64,000 bases of DNA, from contig CBFGTS010000010.1 of the NCBI GenBank assembly GCA_965652295.1, positions 64,001-128,000 of the forward strand. The letters are read 5' to 3'. The DNA comes from an uncultured Haloferula sp. (GTDB lineage: Bacteria > Verrucomicrobiota > Verrucomicrobiia > Verrucomicrobiales > Akkermansiaceae). The position numbers and the translations under genes were made by a program. Positions 45,350-56,274 of the stretch are shown piece after piece. Under the pieces are notes generated by a model. That model saw only the letters and a list, made by a program, of their open reading frames with translations. It was not told the origin of the DNA and did no database searches. Every line of letters begins with the position of its first letter. Positions within the stretch are counted from its first letter, which is position 1.

Positions 45350-47347
45350 ATGATCGGACTTGCGGGAGAGCAGGCGGCGCCCGGCGGCCTGGCGGAGGAA
45401 ATCGCGCACGCGTTTTCCCCGGGCGGACTGCTGTCGAAATCCCCGGACTTTGAATTCCGCCCCCAGCAGCTGGAAATGGCCATCGCCATCGCCCGCGCGC
45501 TGGAGCGGCGGCAGTCGCTGGTGGCGGAGGCGGGCACCGGCGTTGGTAAATCCCTGGCCTACCTCCTGCCCGCCGCCCGTCACGCGCTGGAGAGTGGCCG
45601 CAAGGGCATCATTTCCACCCATACGATCAATCTCCAGGAGCAACTCGTCAGGAAGGACATTCCGATCGTCCGCAAGCTCCTCGGTGCCGAGCTGCCTGCC
45701 GTGCTGCTGAAGGGCCGCGGCAACTACCTCTGCCCGGCGCGGCTGAAACGCGCCCGGGAGCAGACGCGCGACCTCTTCACCGGCGGCGAGGCCGACGAGC
45801 TGGAGGCGATCGCGAAATGGTCCGAGTCGACCCGCGATGGCACGCTGAGCGACCTTGAGTTCCAGCCCTCGATGAAAGTCTGGCTGCAGGTTTGCTCCGA
45901 GGCCCACATCTGCACCGCGCGCTACTGCGGCCCGCGGGGAAACTGCTTTTTTCAGGAAGCCCGCAAGCGCGCGGCCGAGGCGCGGCTGGTGGTGGTGAAC
46001 CACACGCTGTTCTTCGCGCTGATGGATACCGGCGAACTGTCCGAGGACGGGCGCACCGCCGGCTTCCTGTTTCCCGATGACTTCGCGGTGCTCGACGAGG
46101 CCCACACCGTCGAGCAGGTCGCGGCGGTGCAGCTCGGCCTGCGGATCAGCCAGGCCGGCCTGCGTTTCGACCTCCAGAGGTTGTACGATGGACGCCGTAG
46201 AAAGGGTCTGCTCAAGAGCTACGGCAGGCCGGCGCTGCTGCAGGCGGTGGAGAACGCCCGGATCGCGGCGGAGAAGCTCTTTCACGAGCTTGGCGGCGCG
46301 GCGAGCTTCGGCGAGTGGTCGAAGGAATGGCGCGTGCGTGAGCCGGAAGTCGTTCCGAACGTCGCCGCCGCTCCGCTGCGCGAGCTGTGGGAGGGGATCG
46401 ATGCGATTGCGGCGGAAACCGAGCACGAGATGAGCCGCAACGAGCTGCAGGACGCGTCCCGGCGGTTGCGCGAGGTGCATGGATCGATCACCGCCTTTCT
46501 TGATCAGCAACACGAGGACTGCGTCCACTGGGTCGAACGCGCGGGCCGCGACGAAACGCTGTTCTCGATGCACGCCGCGCCAGTGAACGTGGCCGACCGG
46601 TTGCGCCCGCTGCTTTTCGGCGAGGGAAAAACCTGTATCATGGCCAGCGCCACGCTCGGCGTCGGAGATCCGGCGCTGAAGTGGTTCCGCGGCCGGGTGG
46701 GGGCCGAGGAGGTCGAGGCGAGAAGCATCGGCAGCCCCTTCGATTACCGCAGCCAGATGCAGCTGAAGATCTGGAAGACCATGCCGGAGCCGAGCGCGCG
46801 CGATTACGGACCGGCTTTGATCAAGGCCATCGGCGAGGCGGTGGCGATGAGCCGCGGGAGGGCCTTCGTGCTCTTCACCAGCTATCGGATGATGCGCGAT
46901 GCGGCGGCGGCGCTGCGCGATCGCTTTGATCACGAGGGTTGGCGTCTGCTCGTCCAGGGCGAGGGCATGCCACGACACAAGATGATCGAGGTTTTCCGCG
47001 AGGACACCGACAGCGTGCTGTTCGGCACCGACAGCTTCTGGACCGGCGTCGATGTGCCGGGTGAGGCGCTGTCCAACGTGGTCGTGACGCGCCTGCCGTT
47101 CGCCGTGCCGGACCATCCGCTTACCCAGGCGCGGTTGGAAGCCTTGGAGGCATCTGGCGGGAATCCGTTCATGGACTATTCGGTTCCGGAGGCGATCCTC
47201 AAGCTGCGGCAAGGCGTGGGACGGCTCATCCGCACCGCTCGCGACGAAGGACTCGTCTGCCTGCTCGACAACCGCGTGTTGACGAAACGCTACGGCAAGC
47301 TCTTCCTCGAAGCGCTGCCCGACGCGCCGCGGGAGATCATCGGCTGA
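45350..47347 (+). CDS. DinG/YoaA family ATP-dependent helicase
   Basis: [17 protein letters not shown], Fe-S cysteines, DEAH, SATL, LFTSY and QGVGRLIR motifs. Confidence 0.93.
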   Translation: MIGLAGEQAAPGGLAEEIAHAFSPGGLLSKSPDFEFRPQQLEMAIAIARALERRQSLVAEAGTGVGKSLAYLLPAARHALESGRKGIISTHTINLQEQLVRKDIPIVRKLLGAELPAVLLKGRGNYLCPARLKRAREQTRDLFTGGEADELEAIAKWSESTRDGTLSDLEFQPSMKVWLQVCSEAHICTARYCGPRGNCFFQEARKRAAEARLVVVNHTLFFALMDTGELSEDGRTAGFLFPDDFAVLDEAHTVEQVAAVQLGLRISQAGLRFDLQRLYDGRRRKGLLKSYGRPALLQAVENARIAAEKLFHELGGAASFGEWSKEWRVREPEVVPNVAAAPLRELWEGIDAIAAETEHEMSRNELQDASRRLREVHGSITAFLDQQHEDCVHWVERAGRDETLFSMHAAPVNVADRLRPLLFGEGKTCIMASATLGVGDPALKWFRGRVGAEEVEARSIGSPFDYRSQMQLKIWKTMPEPSARDYGPALIKAIGEAVAMSRGRAFVLFTSYRMMRDAAAALRDRFDHEGWRLLVQGEGMPRHKMIEVFREDTDSVLFGTDSFWTGVDVPGEALSNVVVTRLPFAVPDHPLTQARLEALEASGGNPFMDYSVPEAILKLRQGVGRLIRTARDEGLVCLLDNRVLTKRYGKLFLEALPDAPREIIG

Positions 47348-48077
47348 CGCCTTCCGGGCCGTCGTGCCAGCGCACCGACGCGATCGCCTCGCGGAGCTGC
47401 GCCGCGCTCCATTGGCCGGGGGCGGTGGGCGTGTCTCCGAGGTAGCCGTAGTTCAGCACCGAGCCGAGCTGGGCGAACATCACGCGCGAAGCCGGGGCGA
47501 AGGGTCCCATGCCCATCAGCGAGACGGGGAAATCCGAGCCGGCGACGAACTGGGCGAGCGCCGGGAGCTGATCGAGCTTCCAGCCCAGCTCGAAGGCGGC
47601 CTTGAAGCACGCCGCGCCCAGATGGCGTGCGTTTTCGCGGCCCGCGTGGAGCGTGGCTAGATCCGGCGTGCCATGAAAGTCATGGTAGGAGGCGATCCAA
47701 GGCAGCCGGCGATTTGTCAGCTCATCGATCAATCCGGCCATCTCGCCGGTGGATGCGAGTTCGATGTCGATCAGGCTGGCGTCGTCGAGCACCTCCCGCA
47801 GCATCGCCGTGCGGGCTTCCGCGGAAAGGTCGCCGGCGCCCCCTTCCGAAGCCCGGCGGGCCGTGAAAAGGAGCGGAATTTTTTGAAATCTCATCCAGGC
47901 CCGCTGTCCGCGCTCGTTGGCGGTGAGGAGGTCCAGACGGATCTCCAGGCAGTCGCAGCACTCCACGGCGCGGGCCGGATCCAGGGTGCGGAGGACCTCT
48001 CCGGAGCCGATGCTGCCAACCACCCGGGGGTGGCGGGGTGAGAGAACAAAGGCGGTGCGGTCCACCGCGCGAGCCAA
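47337..48077 (-). CDS. aroD: Type I 3-dehydroquinate dehydratase
   Basis: [35 protein letters not shown] and APGQ motifs. Confidence 0.88.
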   Translation of the reverse strand: MARAVDRTAFVLSPRHPRVVGSIGSGEVLRTLDPARAVECCDCLEIRLDLLTANERGQRAWMRFQKIPLLFTARRASEGGAGDLSAEARTAMLREVLDDASLIDIELASTGEMAGLIDELTNRRLPWIASYHDFHGTPDLATLHAGRENARHLGAACFKAAFELGWKLDQLPALAQFVAGSDFPVSLMGMGPFAPASRVMFAQLGSVLNYGYLGDTPTAPGQWSAAQLREAIASVRWHDGPEGVSR

Positions 48078-48232
48078 CCGGGGGTCGGGCAGGGTGTCAA
48101 TCGAAGCGTGAGGCTCTCGCCCGCTGACATTGTGTTTACGTAGGAACTCGCGGAGTTTTTTCCTCGTATAACGGCCTTTTCGCTGGTCAATGCACGTCTC
48201 GAACTTCTAGTTCTCAAAAAACCTAAGGACTT

Positions 48233-48856
48233 ATGAAACCCTCCCATTTTCCCGCGCCCAAAGCGGCGCTTGTCGCCGTGTGTGCCGCAGTGTTTGGTCT
48301 TGCAGGAGTTGCGCATGCTCAAAAGGCCGCAGAAATCGCCGAACCTACCTTCGACGCGCTGCCCTCGCCCCAGTTCGAGGGGACCAAAAACAAGAGCTTC
48401 AAGCCGAAGGACTGGCTGGAGGTCGAAGCCGGCATCACCATCCCGGCGATGAGCCGCGAGCAAGACGCCATCGGCTTCATCGATGAGGTGACGGTGAAGT
48501 GGTACGTGGCCGTCGAGGACAAGGCGACCCGCAAGAACGTTCTCCTAACCAAGGACGTGAACCACATCAACGTGCCGGTGGGCGAGGAGTTCTTCTCGTC
48601 CGTCTACATCTCGCCGAACACCCTGAAGCGCCTGACCGGTGCCGATCGCGCGTCGAAAGGTGCCGTGGAGGTGGTGGCACTGGAGGTTCTGGTCAATGGC
48701 CAGAAGGTCGGTGAAGCGACCACCAAGCATAATTCAGGATGGTGGAATTCCGGAAATCTTTCGCGCACCGATCAATTCCCGCTGCTCAGCAAGGACAAAA
48801 CCCCCTTCAAAAACTTTTGGTGGGACCGCTACGCGGAAATCCAAGAAGAGCGCTGA
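48233..48856 (+). CDS. Amuc_1102-like secreted pilus-system protein
   Basis: Signal peptide; K.FKPKDWLEVE and LLSKDKTPF..WWDRY motifs; first gene of the pilus/secretin operon. Confidence 0.7.
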   Translation: MKPSHFPAPKAALVAVCAAVFGLAGVAHAQKAAEIAEPTFDALPSPQFEGTKNKSFKPKDWLEVEAGITIPAMSREQDAIGFIDEVTVKWYVAVEDKATRKNVLLTKDVNHINVPVGEEFFSSVYISPNTLKRLTGADRASKGAVEVVALEVLVNGQKVGEATTKHNSGWWNSGNLSRTDQFPLLSKDKTPFKNFWWDRYAEIQEER

Positions 48857-48925
48857 CCTTCCCGTGCGTCGCTTTCGCCGTCCCATTCCGGGGCAGGCAC
48901 CCCAGTTTCAAGAAACAGATCCACT

Positions 48926-50779
48926 ATGGCTGATAACCAGTCCACCATCGCCCTGAACATCGGGACCCAACGGGTCAGCATGGCAGTCTTCGAGCCATCG
49001 AAGTCCGGCGCGCTCGTCCTCAAGGCCTACGATGCCGAATCCATCCTCGCGGACCCGGCCACTGAAGCGGCCCGTGCCGCCCAGATCAGCAACGCCATTT
49101 CCACGCTCGTCGGCCGCGCCGGCGTCAAGGGCAAGGTCCGCTACTCGATCTCCGGGCAGTCCGTCTTCATCCGCTTCGTCAAGCTGCCGCCGCTGGGAGA
49201 CGACGACATCGAGCAGCTCGTCGCCTTTGAGGCCCAGCAGCACGTGCCCTTCCCTCTGGACGAGGTGGTGTGGGATTACGAAATCCTTGAAGCCGAGGGG
49301 GAAAAGGAGGTCGTCATTGTCGCCATCAAGGGCGATGCCCTCGACGAGATCAACGAAAGCGTCAATGAAACCGGGCTCGGTACCGCCGAGGTGGATGTCG
49401 CCCCGATGGCGCTCTACAACGCCTTCCGCGCCGCCCAGCCGAACCTCGATGAGCCGGTGCTGCTCATCGACGTGGGAGCCAAGACCAGCGATCTCCTTTA
49501 CATCGAAGGCGATCGGTTCTTCACCCGCAGTGCCGCCGTCGGTGGCTCCGCCGTGACCACCGCGATCTCGAAGGAGTTCGACGTGCCGTTCGCCGAGGCG
49601 GAAATGCACAAGACCCAGAATGGTCTGGTGGCTTTGGGTGGCGGCCATACGGAGCAGCTCGACGATGCCGCCGCCGCGCTGGCGATGACCATCCGCAACG
49701 CGATGACCCGTCTGGCGACGGAGATTCCGCGGACGACGAACTACTACCGCAGCCAGCACAACGGCAACGCGCCGAAGCATGTGTTCCTCGCGGGTGGTGG
49801 TGCCAACCTGCCCTACGCCAAGGAGTTTTTTGAAGAAAAACTGCGTCTCCCGGTCGACTACTTCAACCCGCTGCCGGCGATCACGCTCGGCAAGGGAGTG
49901 GATGCCGATCGCGTTTCCAAGGAGGCTCACATGATGGGTGAGCTGATCGGCCTCGGCCTCCGGGGGGTCGGCAAATCGAAGCTCAACATCGATCTGGTTC
50001 CGACCAAGGTGGGCGAGGCCCGTGCCGCGGAAAAGCGCAAGCCATTCCTGCTGGCCGCCGCCGCCGTGGTGGTGGGCGGAGCGGCTCTTGCCGGATTGTT
50101 CCGCATGCAGGCCGCCAACAAGGCCGAAGCCCAGGCCGCCAGTGCCGAGGCACAGTTCGCTGAGCTCCGGTCACCGGCCAAAGCCATTCAGGATGCCGTC
50201 GAGATCGAGGAGGAACTCACCGAAATCGCCAGCCAATATGTGCAGGCCGAGCAAGCCCGCGTCCTTTGGGCGGATATCTACCGCGAGCTGAGCAATGCTT
50301 TCGCCAGCGAAGCGATCTGGTTCACGGACTTCAGCCCGGTGGCCGGATACGATCCCTTCGCCACGCAGCCGACCCAGCCGGGCGAAGCGGTGGTGCAGGA
50401 CGAATTTGCGGCGCTGGCCTATGGCCAGTCGGCGTTGAAGGACATCAAGGTGGCTGCCCCGGAGAGCAACCGCCGCAGCCGGCGGGATGCCGCCCCGGCC
50501 GCCTCCGCCAAGGTCAATGCCATCCGCATCCGCGGCTTCTGGCTCAACAAGCAGGGCGTTTCCTCCAACATCGTGTTCGACCTCCTCAAACGTCTGGAGG
50601 AGAACATCAACGATGGCCACAGCCACTTCACCTTCACCGTCACTGGCGACAAGAAGAAGGAGGTGAAGCTGGAGGCGAAGCAACTCGCTCCGGTGGTCCA
50701 ATCCGACCCCGCCGAGGGCGAATACGCCGCCCCTTTCGAGCTGGTGCTGCCCTTGGCCCAACCCGTCGATTACCGCTAA
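48926..50779 (+). CDS. PilM-like (actin fold) protein fused to a PilN-like region, Amuc_1101-like
   Basis: VFIRFVKLP, FEAQQHVPFPL.EV.WDY, IDVGAK and FLAGGGA motifs; INL-type motif before a TM helix. Confidence 0.85.
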   Translation: MADNQSTIALNIGTQRVSMAVFEPSKSGALVLKAYDAESILADPATEAARAAQISNAISTLVGRAGVKGKVRYSISGQSVFIRFVKLPPLGDDDIEQLVAFEAQQHVPFPLDEVVWDYEILEAEGEKEVVIVAIKGDALDEINESVNETGLGTAEVDVAPMALYNAFRAAQPNLDEPVLLIDVGAKTSDLLYIEGDRFFTRSAAVGGSAVTTAISKEFDVPFAEAEMHKTQNGLVALGGGHTEQLDDAAAALAMTIRNAMTRLATEIPRTTNYYRSQHNGNAPKHVFLAGGGANLPYAKEFFEEKLRLPVDYFNPLPAITLGKGVDADRVSKEAHMMGELIGLGLRGVGKSKLNIDLVPTKVGEARAAEKRKPFLLAAAAVVVGGAALAGLFRMQAANKAEAQAASAEAQFAELRSPAKAIQDAVEIEEELTEIASQYVQAEQARVLWADIYRELSNAFASEAIWFTDFSPVAGYDPFATQPTQPGEAVVQDEFAALAYGQSALKDIKVAAPESNRRSRRDAAPAASAKVNAIRIRGFWLNKQGVSSNIVFDLLKRLEENINDGHSHFTFTVTGDKKKEVKLEAKQLAPVVQSDPAEGEYAAPFELVLPLAQPVDYR

Positions 50780-50797
50780 TCCCGATTTTCCAAGACC

Positions 50798-51793
50798 ATG
50801 AGTTTTCAGGAGCAAAAGTTCCCCATCGTTCTAGGTTCCGTCACCGTCGTCCTCACGGGCGTGCTCGTGTGGTGGGGCATCAAGAGCGGATCCCGTTATG
50901 AGGAGGCCGAGCAGGCCTACACCAAGGCGGTGTCTTCCATTGAAACCGTCAACAACTGGAAGTTGCCCAAGGTGCCACCCACCGAGGAGAACCGCCGCGG
51001 CAAGGAAAAGGCCGTGTCGGATTTCCGTAAGGGAGTTGAGGAAATCCAGCAGTCGTTCGACAAGTTCCGCGCCGCGGAGCTTGAAAACATCGACCCGACC
51101 GCTTTCAGCGATCGCCTGCTCGAGGCCACCAAGCGCGTGACTTCGAAGTTCGATCAGGTCGGCACCCAGCTGCCCTCCGGCTTCTACCTTGGATTCGCGC
51201 GCTACACCGACCAGCTTCCCAAGGCCGACCAGACCGGTCTTCTCGGCTATGAGCTGGCTGCCAGCGAAGAGCTGTTCATGAAGCTTGCCGAAGCCGGCCC
51301 GGCTCGTCTTTTGAACGTCTATCGGCGGATCATGCCGGAAGAAGCGGACCAGGAGACCGACCTCAAGGGGAAGGCCTACCGCACCCACTCCTTCGAGGTC
51401 ACTTTCAGCGGCCGTGAAGGTGCGTTGCGGGAGTTCCTCGCCTCGCTCGTCAATTCCGACAAGCACTACTACGTGGTCCGCACCATGCGGGTGAAGAATG
51501 AGCGGGAAACCGCTCCGAACTCCGGCGACGCCAAGTTCGAGCAACCGCAGGCAGCCGGTGGCGGCGATGCGGGTGCCAGCCCGTTTGACGGAGGAGGCTT
51601 CGTTTTCCCAGGTGAGGAAGGTGCCGAGGAAGCTTCCGGCGAAGAGGAGGCTCCTGTCGTCGAAGAAGCTCCGGCCGAGCCTGTGGATACCGGCGAGATC
51701 CTCAAACAAGTCCTCGGATCCGAGGCCGTGCGCGTGTTCATGCGCATCGACGTCCTGCAGTTTCTCGAAGCTCAGGAGCTCCCCAAAGGCTGA
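50798..51793 (+). CDS. Amuc_1100-like (PilO-like) protein
   Basis: N-terminal TM, coiled coil, FYLGF..Y, ferredoxin-like C-terminus; operon position. Confidence 0.72.
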   Translation: MSFQEQKFPIVLGSVTVVLTGVLVWWGIKSGSRYEEAEQAYTKAVSSIETVNNWKLPKVPPTEENRRGKEKAVSDFRKGVEEIQQSFDKFRAAELENIDPTAFSDRLLEATKRVTSKFDQVGTQLPSGFYLGFARYTDQLPKADQTGLLGYELAASEELFMKLAEAGPARLLNVYRRIMPEEADQETDLKGKAYRTHSFEVTFSGREGALREFLASLVNSDKHYYVVRTMRVKNERETAPNSGDAKFEQPQAAGGGDAGASPFDGGGFVFPGEEGAEEASGEEEAPVVEEAPAEPVDTGEILKQVLGSEAVRVFMRIDVLQFLEAQELPKG

Positions 51794-51816
51794 ATTAACG
51801 ATTTGATCTGACACCC

Positions 51817-52914
51817 ATGTCCAAAGCTCCAAAAAACATCGAGAAAATCCTGCTCGGCGCCGGCGTTGTCGTCGGCGGTGCCCTGGTGGCTCTCGGTTTC
51901 ATGAAAAACGCCGGCACCGACGAGGACTTCGGTTCCTCAATCGGCGAACCTCGGAACGTCGACCCTTCGGTTCCCCTCGCCAACGACGTGACGGCGGCGA
52001 TCACCTCCGTGGGAAGTGAACCCGAGGTGCCTGCGGCCACGGTCCCTGCTCCCACTCTGGAGGAGGGCACCCGCCCGATCGATCTCTACGTCGGCGTGCC
52101 GCTGTATGCCAGCCGTGACAATCCGAACGAGCCGGTGGACCCGGTGACCGCGGCGGATATCCATCCTCCGATCCCTAATGCCTGGTGGCTGAAGTACGGT
52201 GCCAAGCTGAACTACGCCGACTCTCCGAGTCGCGACGACGACAACGACGGCTTCACCAATGCCGAAGAGTTCAAGGCCGACACCGATCCGACCAATGCAT
52301 CGAAGCATCCGCCGCTCATCGCCAAGCTGAAGTACGTCACCGACGATTCGTTCCGCTGGATCATCCTTCCGGGCACGCCGATCACCGAGAAGCTGACTCC
52401 GAAGCTTGAAGCCGGCATGCCCGTGCTGGAACCGCCGGTCAAGATGCGCGTGGGCTTCGCCGACGCCATCAAGGAAGGAGAGATCTTCTTCAAGGAAGGG
52501 GACGAGCGGTTCGTCAACCGCTTCAAATACCTGGGAGTGGAGGAGCGGGACGTCCGCAACGAACGCCTCAATATTGATCAGAAGGTGACCTTCGCGAAGT
52601 TCGAGGACCAGAAGGACAACAAGAAAGGTCTGGTCTACGAGTTCCCGGTCAGCATCCCGCGCGCCGAGCGCGAGGGACTCTCGGAATACGACCGGTTCGC
52701 GGTGCTGGATCTTCGCGCCTTGGGTTTGGCCGGGAATGACTTCCGGGTCGAGGAACGCCGTCATTTCGCCCTTCCGCCGGATGCGGAGGAGAAGACGTAC
52801 TACCTCAAGGAAGTCACGCCGGAGAAGATCGTCGTTGAATGGAAGGACGGTGAGGAAACCCGTTCCGTCGAGATCCCCAAGGGTCAGATGCCTGAAATCG
52901 ACCTCGGTCAATGA
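51817..52914 (+). CDS. Amuc_1099-like membrane-anchored pilus-system protein
   Basis: N-terminal TM; HPPIPNAWW and DDDNDGFTNAEEF..TDP motifs; precedes the secretin. Confidence 0.7.
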   Translation: MSKAPKNIEKILLGAGVVVGGALVALGFMKNAGTDEDFGSSIGEPRNVDPSVPLANDVTAAITSVGSEPEVPAATVPAPTLEEGTRPIDLYVGVPLYASRDNPNEPVDPVTAADIHPPIPNAWWLKYGAKLNYADSPSRDDDNDGFTNAEEFKADTDPTNASKHPPLIAKLKYVTDDSFRWIILPGTPITEKLTPKLEAGMPVLEPPVKMRVGFADAIKEGEIFFKEGDERFVNRFKYLGVEERDVRNERLNIDQKVTFAKFEDQKDNKKGLVYEFPVSIPRAEREGLSEYDRFAVLDLRALGLAGNDFRVEERRHFALPPDAEEKTYYLKEVTPEKIVVEWKDGEETRSVEIPKGQMPEIDLGQ

Positions 52915-52994
52915 TCATTCACTGAGCCTTTCTTCTCTCTATCAAAAATTCGCTTCCCAAACGCCGGTCACCCCGGCAGAAACCACCACCAACC

Positions 52995-55589
52995 ATGCAA
53001 AAAACGCCATCGCTACCGCATCGCACGACCGTTGCCGCCCTCCTGGCAGCGGCCGCCGTGACGCCGGTCCTCATGACAACGGCCCACGCCGGTGAGGGTG
53101 GATCATACGGCTACAGCAGCCTTGCCGAAAAGGAAATGATCCGCCGTCAACAGCAGGTCGCTGAATCCGACCGGCTTCGAGACGAAGCTCGTGAAGCCTA
53201 CGCCAACAAAGAGTACAAGGAGGCTTACGACAAATACAAGCAAGCGCTCCAGTTGCTGCCGGAAGCACCGCTTCTGGCCGACCGCCGCGACTTCTTGAAG
53301 GCTTCCCTCGCCGATGCCGCCGTGGCGCTCTCCGAGGAATACCGGCGCTTCGGCAAGTACGACGAAGCTCGTACCATGCTTGAGGAGGTTCTCGAAGAGG
53401 ATCCGAACAATTTCGACGCCCAGCGCGAACTCGAGTGGATCGATGATCCGATCCGCACGAACCCTGCCCTGACCGAGGAGCACACCAAGAACGTCGATGA
53501 AGTCCGCCGCGGCCTCTACACCGCCCAGGGTTACTACGACCTCGGTCAGTTCGATGAAGCCCACGACGCCTACGAGGACGTCCTGCGGATCGACAAATTC
53601 AACACCGCCGCCCGCCGCGGCATGGAGAAGGTGGCCGCCGCCAAGACGAGCTACTACCGCGCCGCCTACGACCAGACCCGCGCGGCACTCCTCGCGGAGG
53701 TTGACAAGGCCTGGGAATTGACCGTCCCGCCGGATGCCCCTGCGGTGGACGTGGGTCGCGGCACTGCGGTGCAAAAATCGGCCGGTTCGACCTACATCCT
53801 CCAGAAGCTCAAGAACATCGTCATTCCGATCATTGACTTCGAGGACACCTCCGTGGAGGAGGCGATCGATTACCTGCGTGTCCGCTCGATCGAACTCGAT
53901 ACCTTCGAGATGGATCCCGCCAAGAAGGGCATCAACTTCTTCATCCGCAAGCCTCGCACCGGCGGTGCCGACGCCGGTCTGGATGCAGGTGGTGAGGTGG
54001 CCGCCGCTCCGGGATCCCAGCGGATCGCCGAGCTCCGCCTGCGCAACGTGCCGCTTTCCGAAGCCCTCACCTACATCTGCGAGGCCACCCGCCTGCGCTG
54101 GTCGGTGGACGATTTCGCCGTGACCATCAAGCCGGCGACGGAGGTTGGTGAAGACCTCTTCACCCGGACCTACAACGTTCCGCCTGACTTCCTCGCCCGC
54201 ATCAGCGGCGGGGGTGGCAGCGAAGAGGCCGCGGTGGACGATCCGTTCGCCACGGGTGGCGATACCGGGGGCAGTGCCTTGACACCCCGCATGAGCATCA
54301 CCGAGGCCCTCAAGGCCAATGGAGTGAAGTTCCCGCCGGATGCTTCGGCCCAGTTCTTCGCCGCCAATTCGACGCTTCTCGTCCGCAACACGCCGACGAA
54401 CCTCGACATGATCGAGAACATCGTGAGCAGCACGGTGACCGAAGCGCCGAAGCAGGTGAAGATCTCGACCAAGTTCGTCGAAGTCGCCCAGGAGAACACC
54501 GATGAACTCGGCTTCGACTGGATCCTGACTCCCTTCAACTTCAATGCAGCCAACGAGTTGTTCCTCGGTGGTGGCACGGTGGGCAGCGGCCAGTCCCGCA
54601 CCAATGCCGACTTCATCAGCCCGGTGGACGGCACCACCATCCCGGGTATTCCGGCGGCAACCGCCCAGGACGTTTCGAACATCATCGGAGGCGGCAACCG
54701 CTCCGGTGATGGTGCGATCAATCGGGACAGCATCGCGGCCCTGTTGAACAACCCGAACCGTTCCGCGGACTCGGCCAGTGTGGCACCGGGAATCCTCTCG
54801 CTTACCGGCCTCTTCACCGATGGTCAGGTCCAGCTCATCATGCGCGGACTGAACCAGAAGAAGGGGACGGATCTGATGACCGCTCCCAGCGTGACCGCCC
54901 GGTCCGGTGAGAAGGCGACCATCGAAATCATCCGCGAGTTCATCTACCCCACCGAATACGAACCGCCGGAACTCCCGAACTCCGTCGGTTCCGGGACCAC
55001 CTTCGGAGGCGGCGGTCTCTTTGGCACCGGTGGCGCTTCCTCGTTCCCGGTGACGCCGGCGACTCCCACGTCGTTTGAAACCCGGAATACCGGTGTGACG
55101 TTGGAAATCGCTCCCAACATCGGTTCCAACGACTTCGTGATCGACCTCAACTTCGCTCCGGAAATCGTCGAATTCGAAGGCTTCGTGAACTACGGAAGCC
55201 CGATCCAATCGCCTTCAACCGACCTTCTCGGCAACCCGACCACCGTCGTGATCACCGAGAACCGCATCGAGATGCCGGTCTTCTCGAAGCGCAGCGTGAA
55301 CACCGCGTTGACGATCTTCGATGGCTACACTGTCGCGGTGGGCGGTCTGATGCGGGAAGACGTGCAGAACGTTGAGGACAAGGTGCCGATCTTGGGCGAC
55401 CTGCCCATCATTGGACGTCTCTTCCAGAGCAAGGCCGAAAACCATATCAAGAGCAACATGATCATCTTCGTGACCGCCGAGATCATTGACGCGACCGGAC
55501 GCCCGATCAGCCGTTCTTCGGCACCAGTCGACACCGGCATGCCGGGTGGTATGGATGCCACCGTGCTTCCTGATTTGCCCTCGCCGTAA
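52995..55589 (+). CDS. TPR-containing secretin (PilQ/GspD-like, Amuc_1098-like)
   Basis: Signal peptide, TPRs, KQVKISTKFVEV, APSVTARSGEKA and KVPILGDLPIIGRLF secretin signature. Confidence 0.9.
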   Translation: MQKTPSLPHRTTVAALLAAAAVTPVLMTTAHAGEGGSYGYSSLAEKEMIRRQQQVAESDRLRDEAREAYANKEYKEAYDKYKQALQLLPEAPLLADRRDFLKASLADAAVALSEEYRRFGKYDEARTMLEEVLEEDPNNFDAQRELEWIDDPIRTNPALTEEHTKNVDEVRRGLYTAQGYYDLGQFDEAHDAYEDVLRIDKFNTAARRGMEKVAAAKTSYYRAAYDQTRAALLAEVDKAWELTVPPDAPAVDVGRGTAVQKSAGSTYILQKLKNIVIPIIDFEDTSVEEAIDYLRVRSIELDTFEMDPAKKGINFFIRKPRTGGADAGLDAGGEVAAAPGSQRIAELRLRNVPLSEALTYICEATRLRWSVDDFAVTIKPATEVGEDLFTRTYNVPPDFLARISGGGGSEEAAVDDPFATGGDTGGSALTPRMSITEALKANGVKFPPDASAQFFAANSTLLVRNTPTNLDMIENIVSSTVTEAPKQVKISTKFVEVAQENTDELGFDWILTPFNFNAANELFLGGGTVGSGQSRTNADFISPVDGTTIPGIPAATAQDVSNIIGGGNRSGDGAINRDSIAALLNNPNRSADSASVAPGILSLTGLFTDGQVQLIMRGLNQKKGTDLMTAPSVTARSGEKATIEIIREFIYPTEYEPPELPNSVGSGTTFGGGGLFGTGGASSFPVTPATPTSFETRNTGVTLEIAPNIGSNDFVIDLNFAPEIVEFEGFVNYGSPIQSPSTDLLGNPTTVVITENRIEMPVFSKRSVNTALTIFDGYTVAVGGLMREDVQNVEDKVPILGDLPIIGRLFQSKAENHIKSNMIIFVTAEIIDATGRPISRSSAPVDTGMPGGMDATVLPDLPSP

Positions 55590-55615
55590 GGGAGAGCCCG
55601 AAGCAGATTCCATTT

Positions 55616-55652
55616 GCGGGCGGAGGGAAGTTTCCCTCCGCCCGCTTTTGTT
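55616..55652 (+). terminator. Intrinsic terminator after the secretin gene
   Basis: GCGGGCGGAGGGAA-GT-TTCCCTCCGCCCGC followed by TTTTGTT. Confidence 0.85.
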
Positions 55653-55659
55653 CCAGACG

Positions 55660-56274
55660 ATGACGACCCGATACCTCGCGCTTACCGGCGGCATCGCCAG
55701 TGGCAAGTCCACCGCCGCCTTTGAAATGGAACGTCTCTGCCCCGGCTTGGTGCGCTTCGACAGCGATGCCTGCGTGCGGCGACTTTTGGGCGAAGATGAA
55801 GGAGTCATCCGCCGTGTACGGGAACGCTTTGGGGAGGAGTGCCTCGATGCCTCGGGAAGCAAGGTGGATCGCCCGGCTCTGAGGGCGAAGGTCTTTGGCG
55901 ACAGCGCGGCCCGGCGGGATCTCGAACGCCTGTTGCACCCGCGGGTGCGGGAGGAATGTCTTGCAGTTTCCAGGCAGGCCTCCAAGCTCGGCGCGCCCCT
56001 GTTCCTGGCTGAGGTGCCTCTGTTGTTTGAAGGAGGGTTTCATTTCGGGCAGGAAAGGAATCTCGTTGTTGCGGTGAGCCGGGCGACCCAGCTGCAGCGC
56101 CTTATGGCCCGGAGCGGCTTTCCCTCCGACCTTGGCGAGGCGATCCTTTCCAGCCAGATGCCGATGGAGCAGAAGGTGCTTCGAGCCGACACCGTTTTCT
56201 GGAACGAGGGCCCGAAGGTGGTGTTGACCGCACAGATCCAGCGATTTCTCAAAATTTATAGCCATGAGCGATGA
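55660..56274 (+). CDS. coaE: Dephospho-CoA kinase
   Basis: LTGGIASGKST, DRPALR..VF, LLHPRV and EVPLLFE motifs. Confidence 0.93.
   Translation: MTTRYLALTGGIASGKSTAAFEMERLCPGLVRFDSDACVRRLLGEDEGVIRRVRERFGEECLDASGSKVDRPALRAKVFGDSAARRDLERLLHPRVREECLAVSRQASKLGAPLFLAEVPLLFEGGFHFGQERNLVVAVSRATQLQRLMARSGFPSDLGEAILSSQMPMEQKVLRADTVFWNEGPKVVLTAQIQRFLKIYSHER

Noticed and set aside
44621..47212. 863-aa minus-strand ORF
   Set aside because: Shadow of dinG and an off-frame overlap of the lptF/G gene.
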